This document shows, piece after piece, positions 55,122-63,810 of a stretch of DNA of 64,000 nt. Source of the stretch: Schmidtea nova (Eukaryota). Location: positions 310,868,001 through 310,932,000 of the forward strand of contig CM097883.1 in NCBI GenBank assembly GCA_044892505.1, read 5' to 3'. A program made the translations under genes and the position numbers. A model generated the notes under the pieces. It saw only the letters and a program-made list of their open reading frames with translations, had not been told where the DNA came from and made no database searches. How positions within the stretch are numbered: position 1 is the stretch's first letter; each line of letters begins with the position of its first letter.

Positions 55122-56234
55122 TATCAAAATGTTATCATCAATATAGAATAGGTTTGATAAATTAGGCTAATTGAAACTTCTTTCATGAAAAGATGATTCT
55201 TCCTTGAGTTTACTTTGCATTTATATTAGAATATTAAACGTTTTCTGGGTATTGGTGATATTTGCGCTATTTATATTTTTATTTTGTTTTAATATTACTG
55301 CTCTTTATATATGAATAATACAAGAACTGCTGATTGTTTTGATATTTTAGACTAAAGGTTTATCAGGATATCGAAAGTGTGTTGGGAATCTATGAAATAT
55401 CTGTTTTTTAATTATATTATTTTTATTATTATTAATATTATTATTATTGAAATTTTTATTATTTTTGATAATTTTAAACTTTTTTTATCATAAATACTAA
55501 TACTTTTAAAATCATTGAAGTAAAAAACAAAAAATACACTTAACGTCATTAGGATTTGTAATAATTATATATAGATATAACAATTTTCAATTAAATACAT
55601 GGATGGTCGACTCGACTTTTACAATTATTTCAAATATTTTATTTTATGCTTGGCCTCCACAAACCAGTTATCCATTTCGTAAAAGTATTATTAGTTATGA
55701 GACTACAGCTGTTACCACCTTATAAATGTATTTTATCTGTAACATAAATGTAGTATATATGAAGTGGAATATGAAATCTTTTTTTCTCATGCATCCGTTT
55801 CATATGATTAATCGTATATCGTTAAAATTTCAAAATCTTTCTTTTCTTTATCTTGCAAAGTACTTACGTAATTGTTTGATCCACGTTTCCGTCATATATA
55901 TATATATATATATATATATTTAATGAAATGGAACATGGCTCCGTTTTCAATTCGTAAAATCGAATACAAGTGGAAGTTCTCATGGAATTTTTATCTTTTT
56001 GACAACAACACCGTCGTTTTTCAGTTTTTTCATCTTATACCTTGTAGTTGATAATTGAGTTTCACACTTTCAAAGATAACGTAAATCCATCTGCTTTTAT
56101 TTAATTTTTAATTACTTTTTATTGGTTTAAAGTGTTAAAGTAATCAGAATTCGACACTATTTATGTACGTTATTATATGAATTTTGACTACTATAAAATA
56201 ACGAGATAAAATTAAGAGTAAAGTGAAATTTAAA

Positions 56235-56720
56235 ATGTCAACTATACATTGTAGCATTTGTTTAGAAAATTGTTCGACTTCATTTGCAAAGTTATCTGAA
56301 TGTCGTCATGAATTCTGTGAGAGTTGTATCAAAGGCTGGATGAAATATTCTTCTACGTGTCCATTAGATAGATCAGTAACTAAAACGTTAATTATATACA
56401 ACAATCCTGTAGAAAGAACTATAAAAGATACTATTACTGTTAAACCTAAATCTTCAAACGACAACGACGACGACGATGACGATAATTATGAGTCACAATT
56501 CTTCGAATATGACTTGGCATATTATTTGACGGCTGATGATCATGAATTGGATGATGAATCAGGTAGCGATTTTGAGGTTGATTCAGATGAAGAAGAAGAA
56601 AGTGACACAGGCGCAAGTTACACTGACGAAAGTGAAACAGACGCAAGTGATACGGACGAAAGTGACTTGGACGAAGTTGACACTGACGAAAGTGACACGG
56701 ACGAAGAAAGTGAAAATTAG
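56235..56720 (+). CDS. RING protein, full-length, copy 35
   Basis: Same ORF, TCA at codon 109. Confidence 0.87.
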   Translation: MSTIHCSICLENCSTSFAKLSECRHEFCESCIKGWMKYSSTCPLDRSVTKTLIIYNNPVERTIKDTITVKPKSSNDNDDDDDDNYESQFFEYDLAYYLTADDHELDDESGSDFEVDSDEEEESDTGASYTDESETDASDTDESDLDEVDTDESDTDEESEN

Positions 56721-57490
56721 TATCAAAATGTTATCATCAATATAGAATAGGTTTGATAAATTAGGCTAATTGAAACTTCTTTCATGAAAAGATGATTCTT
56801 CCTTGAGTTTACTTTGCATTTATATTAGAATATTAAACGTTTTCTGGGTATTGGTGATATTTGCGCTATTTATATTTTTATTTTGTTTTAATATTACTGC
56901 TCTTTATATATGAATAATACAAGAACTGCTGATTGTTTTGATATTTTAGACTAAAGGTTTATCAGGATATCGAAAGTGTGTTGGGAATCTATGAAATATC
57001 TGTTTTTTAATTATATTATTTTTATTATTATTAATATTATTATTATTGAAATTTTTATTATTTTTGATAATTTTAAACTTTTTTTATCATAAATACTAAT
57101 ACTTTTAAAATCATTGAAGTAAAAAACAAAAAATACACTTAACGTCATTAGGATTTGTAATAATTATATATAGATATAACAATTTTCAATTAAATACATG
57201 GATGGTCGACTCGACTTTTACAATTATTTCAAATATTTTATTTTATGCTTGGCCTCCACAAACCAGTTATCCATTTCGTAAAAGTATTATTAGTTATGAG
57301 ACTACAGCTGTTACCACCTTATAAATGTATTTTATCTGTAACATAAATGTAGTATATATGAAGTGGAATATGAAATCTTTTTTTCTCATGCATCCGTTTC
57401 ATATGATTAATCGTATATCGTTAAAATTTCAAAATCTTTCTTTTCTTTATCTTGCAAAGTACTTACGTAATTGTTTGATCCACGTTTCCG

Positions 57491-57531
<41 letters not shown>

Positions 57532-57843
57532 ACGAAATGGAACATGGCTCCGTTTTCAATTCGTAAAATCGAATACAAGTGGAAGTTCTCATGGAATTTT
57601 TATCTTTTTGACAACAACACCGTCGTTTTTCAGTTTTTTCATCTTATACCTTGTAGTTGATAATTGAGTTTCACACTTTCAAAGATAACGTAAATCCATC
57701 TGCTTTTATTTAATTTTTAATTACTTTTTATTGGTTTAAAGTGTTAAAGTAATCAGAATTCGACACTATTTATGTACGTTATTATATGAATTTTGACTAC
57801 TATAAAATAACGAGATAAAATTAAGAGTAAAGTGAAATTTAAA

Positions 57844-58170
57844 ATGTCAACTATACATTGTAGCATTTGTTTAGAAAATTGTTCGACTTCATTTGCAAAG
57901 TTATCTGAATGTCGTCATGAATTCTGTGAGAGTTGTATCAAAGGCTGGATGAAATATTCTTCTACGTGTCCATTAGATAGATCAGTAACTAAAACGTTAA
58001 TTATATACAACAATCCTGTAGAAAGAACTATAAAAGATACTATTACTGTTAAACCTAAATCTTCAAACGACAACGACGACGACGATGACGATAATTATGA
58101 GTCACAATTCTTCGAATATGACTTGGCATATTATTTGACGGCTGATGATCATGAATTGGATGATGAATAA
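57844..58170 (+). CDS. RING protein, truncated allele, copy 36
   Basis: Same ORF, TAA at codon 109. Confidence 0.62.
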   Translation: MSTIHCSICLENCSTSFAKLSECRHEFCESCIKGWMKYSSTCPLDRSVTKTLIIYNNPVERTIKDTITVKPKSSNDNDDDDDDNYESQFFEYDLAYYLTADDHELDDE

Positions 58171-59099
58171 GGTAGCGATTTTGAGGTTGATTCAGATGAA
58201 GAAGAAGAAAGTGACACAGACGCAAGTTACACTGACGAAAGTGAAACAGACGCAAGTGATACGGACGAAAGTGACTTGGACGAAGTTGACACTGACGAAA
58301 GTGACACGGACGAAGAAAGTGAAAATTAGTATCAAAATGTTATCATCAATATAGAATAGGTTTGATAAATTAGGCTAATTGAAACTTCTTTCATGAAAAG
58401 ATGATTCTTCCTTGAGTTTACTTTGCATTTATATTAGAATATTAAACGTTTTCTGGGTATTGGTGATATTTGCGCTATTTATATTTGTATTTTGTTTTAA
58501 TATTACTGCTCTTTATATATGAATAATACAAGAACTGCTGATTGTTTTGATATTTTAGACTAAAGGTTTATCAGGATATCGAAAGTGTGTTGGGAATCTA
58601 TGAAATATCTGTTTTTTAATTATATTATTTTTATTATTATTAATATTACTATTATTGAAATTTTTATTATTTTTGATAATTTTAAACTTTTTTTATCATA
58701 AATACTAATTCTTTTAAAATCATTGAAGTAAAAAACAAAAAATACACTTAACGTCATTAGGATTTGTAATAATTATATATAGATATAACAATTTTCAATT
58801 AAATACATGGATGGTCGACTCGACTTTTACAATTATTTCAAATATTTTATTTTATGCTTGGCCTCCACAAACCAGTTATCCATTTCGTAAAAGTATTATT
58901 AGTTATGAGACTACAGCTGTTACCACCTTATAAATGTATTTTATCTGTAACATAAATGTAGTATATATGAAGTGGAATATGAAATCTTTTTTTCTCATGC
59001 ATCCGTTTCATATGATTAATCGTATATCGTTAAAATTTCAAAATCTTTCTTTTCTTTATCTTGCAAAGTACTTACGTAATTGTTTGATCCACGTTTCCG

Positions 59100-59134
<35 letters not shown>

Positions 59135-59446
59135 ATGAAATGGAACATGGCTCCGTTTTCAATTCGTAAAATCGAATACAAGTGGAAGTTCTCATGGAAT
59201 TTTTATCTTTTTGACAACAACACCGTCGTTTTTCAGTTTTTTCATCTTATACCTTGTAGTTGATAATTGAGTTTCACACTTTCAAAGATAACGTAAATCC
59301 ATCTGCTTTTATTTAATTTTTAATTACTTTTTATTGGTTTAAAGTGTTAAAGTAATCAGAATTCGACACTATTTATGTACGTTATTATATGAATTTTGAC
59401 TACTATAAAATAACGAGATAAAATTAAGAGTAAAGTGAAATTTAAA

Positions 59447-59932
59447 ATGTCAACTATACATTGTAGCATTTGTTTAGAAAATTGTTCGACTTCATTTGCA
59501 AAGTTATCTGAATGTCGTCATGAATTCTGTGAGAGTTGTATCAAAGGCTGGATGAAATATTCTTCTACGTGTCCATTAGATAGATCAGTAACTAAAACGT
59601 TAATTATATACAACAATCCTGTAGAAAGAACTATAAAAGATACTATTACTGTTAAACCTAAATCTTCAAACGACAACGACGATGACGATGACGATAATTA
59701 TGAGTCACAATTCTTCGAATATGACTTGGCATATTATTTGACGGCTGATGATCATGAATTGGATGATGAATCAGGTAGCGATTTTGAGGTTGATTCAGAT
59801 GAAGAAGAAGAAAGTGACACAGGCGCAAGTTACACTGACGAAAGTGAAACAGACGCAAGTGATACGGACGAAAGTGACTTGGACGAAGTTGACACTGACG
59901 AAAGTGACACGGACGAAGAAAGTGAAAATTAG
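59447..59932 (+). CDS. RING protein, full-length, copy 37
   Basis: TCA at codon 109; one synonymous GAC>GAT at 59683. Confidence 0.87.
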   Translation: MSTIHCSICLENCSTSFAKLSECRHEFCESCIKGWMKYSSTCPLDRSVTKTLIIYNNPVERTIKDTITVKPKSSNDNDDDDDDNYESQFFEYDLAYYLTADDHELDDESGSDFEVDSDEEEESDTGASYTDESETDASDTDESDLDEVDTDESDTDEESEN

Positions 59933-60702
59933 TATCAAAATGTTATCATCAATATAGAATAGGTTTGATAAATTAGGCTAATTGAAACTTCTTTCATGAA
60001 AAGATGATTCTTCCTTGAGTTTACTTTGCATTTATATTAGAATATTAAACGTTTTCTGGGTATTGGTGATATTTGCGCTATTTATATTTTTATTTTGTTT
60101 TAATATTACTGCTCTTTATATATGAATAATACAAGAACTGCTGATTGTTTTGATATTATAGACTAAAGGTTTATCAGGATATCGAAAGTGTGTTGGGAAT
60201 CTATGAAATATCTGTTTTTTAATTATATTATTTTTATTATTATTAATATTATTATTATTGAAATTTTTATTATTTTTGATAATTTTAAACTTTTTTTATC
60301 ATAAATACTAATACTTTTAAAATCATTGAAGTAAAAAACAAAAAATACACTTAACGTCATTAGGATTTGTAATAATTATATATAGATATAACAATTTTCA
60401 ATTAAATACATGGATGGTCGACTCGACTTTTACAATTATTTCAAATATTTTATTTTATGCTTGGCCTCCACAAACCAGTTATCCATTTCGTAAAAGTATT
60501 ATTAGTTATGAGACTACAGCTGTTACCACCTTATAAATGTATTTTATCTGTAACATAAATGTAGTATATATGAAGTGGAATATGAAATCTTTTTTTCTCA
60601 TGCATCCGTTTCATATGATTAATCGTATATCGTTAAAATTTCAAAATCTTTCTTTTCTTTATCTTGCAAAGTACTTACGTAATTGTTTGATCCACGTTTC
60701 CG

Positions 60703-60753
<51 letters not shown>

Positions 60754-61065
60754 ACGAAATGGAACATGGCTCCGTTTTCAATTCGTAAAATCGAATACAA
60801 GTGGAAGTTCTCATGGAATTTTTATCTTTTTGACAACAACACCGTCGTTTTTCAGTTTTTTCATCTTATACCTTGTAGTTGATAATTGAGTTTCACACTT
60901 TCAAAGATAACGTAAATCCATCTGCTTTTATTTAATTTTTAATTACTTTTTATTGGTTTAAAGTGTTAAAGTAATCAGAATTCGACACTATTTATGTACG
61001 TTATTATATGAATTTTGACTACTATAAAATAACGAGATAAAATTAAGAGTAAAGTGAAATTTAAA

Positions 61066-61392
61066 ATGTCAACTATACATTGTAGCATTTGTTTAGAAAA
61101 TTGTTCGACTTCATTTGCAAAGTTATCTGAATGTCGTCATGAATTCTGTGAGAGTTGTATCAAAGGCTGGATGAAATATTCTTCTACGTGTCCATTAGAT
61201 AGATCAGTAACTAAAACGTTAATTATATACAACAATCCTGTAGAAAGAACTATAAAAGATACTATTACTGTTAAACCTAAATCTTCAAACGACAACGACG
61301 ACGACGATGACGATAATTATGAGTCACAATTCTTCGAATATGACTTGGCATATTATTTGACGGCTGATGATCATGAATTGGATGATGAATAA
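61066..61392 (+). CDS. RING protein, truncated allele, copy 38 (unit interrupted at 61708)
   Basis: TAA at codon 109; GAA>AAA downstream of the stop. Confidence 0.62.
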   Translation: MSTIHCSICLENCSTSFAKLSECRHEFCESCIKGWMKYSSTCPLDRSVTKTLIIYNNPVERTIKDTITVKPKSSNDNDDDDDDNYESQFFEYDLAYYLTADDHELDDE

Positions 61393-61945
61393 GGTAGCGA
61401 TTTTGAGGTTGATTCAGATGAAAAAGAAGAAAGTGACACAGACGCAAGTTACACTGACGAAAGTGAAACAGACGCAAGTGATACGGACGAAAGTGACTTG
61501 GACGAAGTTGACACTGACGAAAGTGACACGGACGAAGAAAGTGAAAATTAGTATCAAAATGTTATCATCAATATAGAATAGGTTTGATAAATTAGGCTAA
61601 TTGAAACTTCTTTCATGAAAAGATGATTCTTCCTTGAGTTTACTTTGCATTTATATTAGAATATTAAACGTTTTCTGGGTATTGGTGATATTTGCGCTAT
61701 TTATATTTAGTAGGCAGACATGAGGAGCCGGGAACAAAGAACTATTACGTAATCGATGACATAACAAAGAACATACCCCCTCCCCTCCCCTTTTTTTCCA
61801 ACCCCCCCTTTTTTTACATACACACAGACGATGAGTCATAAAAATTTTTTTATGGCGTCATCGATGACTCATTTCAAATTTAAATTTTAAATTTAAATTC
61901 CCAAGGGCCAAATAAGGTCAAACCTTCAAACAAGGGTATCATTCG

Positions 61946-62241
61946 AAAGGTCTTGGAGAGGTCTATACAATGGTCATACCCTCGAAGGTGTATGGAGGGT
62001 CCTTAACTTTCAAGGGTCAAAAACCTTCAACCTTTTACAATCCTTATTATATATATATATATATATATATATCAAACAAAAGGTCATTGAGAGGTTAGTA
62101 TGATGGTCATACTTTCGAAGGTGTATGGAGGTTCCTGAACCTTGAAAGGGTCAAAAACCTTCAACCTTTTTTAATTCTTATAATATGTACATCAAACAAA
62201 AGGTAATTGAAGGGTGAGTATAATGGTCATACCATTGAAGA
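61946..62241. repeat. Degenerate tandem repeat, about 2.4 copies of 120-133 bp, containing a (TA)n tract at 62048-62072
   Basis: Cores AAAGGTc..GAGAGGT...ATGGTCATAC recur at 61946, 62079 and 62199; GAAGGTGTATGGAGG and GGGTCAAAAACCTTCAACCTTTT each occur twice. Confidence 0.85.
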
Positions 62242-62257
62242 TTAAATTGTTTTCTTA

Positions 62258-62829
62258 ATGACTCATTGGTATGATTTATTTGGATGACTCATCGGTATGA
62301 CTCATCTACATGACTCATCTACATGATTCATCAGTGGGACTCATCAAGATGACTCATCAGTATGACTCATCAGTATGACTCATCTACATGATTCATCAGT
62401 ATTACTCATCAGTATGACTCATCAGTATGACTCATCAGTATGACTCATCTACATGATTCATCAGTATGACTCATCAGTGTGACTCATTGGGATGACTCAT
62501 CTACATGACTCATCTACATGATTCATCAGTGTGACTCATCAATATGACTCATCAGTATGACTCATCAGTATGACTCATCTACATGATTCATCAGTATGAC
62601 TCATCAGTATGACTAATCTACATGACTCATCAGTATGACTCATCTACATGATTCATCAGTATGACTCATCAGTATGACTCATCAGTATGACTTATCAGTA
62701 TGACTCATCAGCATGACTCATCAGTATGACTCATCAGTGTGACTCATCAGTATGACTCATCAGTATGACTCATCCGTATGACTCATCAGTATGACTCATC
62801 AGTATGACTCATCAGTATGACTCATCAAC
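62258..62829. repeat. 13-bp minisatellite x44 (consensus ATGACTCATCAGT), AP-1/TRE site array
   Basis: 44 units in phase with no indels; 33 carry exact TGACTCA. Confidence 0.97.
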
Positions 62830-63007
62830 AAAAACAAATATTAACAAAGATATAGCAATGCACGTGCAAATTAACAAAGACTTTGCAAAGTGAATGCAAA
62901 GAAACAAAGACTAATTTTTAGGGAATTTTAACATTTTTAAGGTCAAAAATTCAAAAACATAAAAAACTTAAAATTTTTTCAAAAACACAAAGTGAGAATT
63001 AATCAAC

Positions 63008-63021
63008 ATTTATTAATAAAT
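63008..63021. terminator. Palindromic bidirectional poly(A) signal ATTTATTAATAAAT
   Basis: AATAAA on both strands; the minus-strand copy lies ~40 nt after the stop of the 147-aa ORF. Confidence 0.55.
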
Positions 63022-63052
63022 ACACATATATATGACAACAATGTTATTCCAA

Positions 63053-63496
63053 CTATGCAATTCTTGCGCTTTTTATCTTCCAAATTGGAGACATTGATTC
63101 TTTTGGATCGATTTTATATCCTTGGATGGATATATCAATAAACCAATTTTCATTATCCGTATATTCAACTGATTGAAATGCATCATGAAATTCAGTGTTC
63201 CTGTTGTTGATGAATATAGTTTCATTGCAAGATAATTTCTTGTTGATTTTCGTCAACACTTTATTGATTGCAACAACATCTTCTTTATAAATCTGACCAA
63301 TCAAGTTGGAATATTGCGAAGTCGAAAGCTTTACCGGATTTGGGACCTTGAAAGAGATTTCGTTTACCAAGAAAAACATTTGGTAATCGTGAAACATCTG
63401 AACCGGTCGTAAATCAAATTTGTTTTGAGTTGATTTGTTATCGTTCCTAACTGGTTTCATTTTAATTGGACTCAATTTACTGAAAAGATTTTGCAT
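63053..63496 (-). CDS. Hypothetical protein, 147 aa; possibly viral or Polinton-associated, with a beta-rich C-terminus reminiscent of an OB-fold SSB
   Basis: Unique-sequence ORF with AAAATG start context, upstream TATAAATA and CCAAT, downstream AATAAA; no homology search run. Confidence 0.75.
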   Translation of the reverse strand: MQNLFSKLSPIKMKPVRNDNKSTQNKFDLRPVQMFHDYQMFFLVNEISFKVPNPVKLSTSQYSNLIGQIYKEDVVAINKVLTKINKKLSCNETIFINNRNTEFHDAFQSVEYTDNENWFIDISIQGYKIDPKESMSPIWKIKSARIA

Positions 63497-63524
63497 TTTA
63501 TGAACAATTCTATTTTTGTTTTCT

Positions 63525-63561
63525 TATTTATACTCGTCATCGTCTGTGTGCAGCCAATCAG
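63525..63561 (-). promoter_or_regulatory. Candidate promoter of the 147-aa ORF: TATAAATA (63525-63532, minus) and CCAAT box AGCCAATCAG (63552-63561)
   Basis: Canonical TATA starting 36 nt before the ATG; NF-Y-consensus CCAAT just upstream; second CCAAT near 63609-63613 on the minus strand. Confidence 0.55.
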
Positions 63562-63565
63562 ATTC

Positions 63566-63609
63566 TTGCACATGTCTTGTAAATCAATTGCACATGTCTT
63601 GCTAATCAA
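63566..63609. repeat. 22-bp tandem duplication containing CACATG (E-box)
   Basis: TTGCACATGTCTTGTAAATCAA / TTGCACATGTCTTGCTAATCAA. Confidence 0.85.
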
Positions 63610-63810
63610 TTGGCTATGTATTAATAATTGACTTTGTATACATGTTATTATACATCCTTAACTCCATCGATATTATAAAACTTTCTAAAATTATAACAAA
63701 ACGTAGAAAAAAAAAATCATTTAAATAAATCTTGTATTTTTTATATATATATCACAAAGTTAATTTTATCACAATGTTTATTTTCACATATTGATACTGC
63801 GGATACAATC

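Larger units (their letters stand above)
1..61708 (+). repeat. Tandem gene array (macrosatellite) of a ~1.6-kb unit, 38 complete gene copies plus a partial copy, open at the left window edge
   Basis: ORF starts recur every 1597-1635 bp (1573+2n, n = AT count); exceptions are 1962 bp (insertion) and 1600 bp (1-bp deletion). Units differ only by a handful of SNPs. Confidence 0.99.

Noticed and set aside
16984-59683. CpG-decay signature (ACG>ATG, GACG>GATG) suggesting methylation
   Set aside because: Only two independent events among roughly a dozen variants; insufficient
1-61708. Helitron rolling-circle concatemer as the origin of the array
   Set aside because: No convincing CTRR/TC junction with a sub-terminal hairpin found in the unit, and no Rep/helicase remnants
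61651-61839. 62-aa minus-strand ORF crossing the junction
   Set aside because: Chimeric across the breakpoint and made of homopolymer runs
62258-62829. CRISPR-like array
   Set aside because: Contiguous 13-mers with no unique spacers, no cas genes, eukaryotic context
63568-63599. p53-like half sites GCACATGTCT x2
   Set aside because: Each mismatches RRRCWWGYYY and they are 12 bp apart; kept only as a 22-bp duplication
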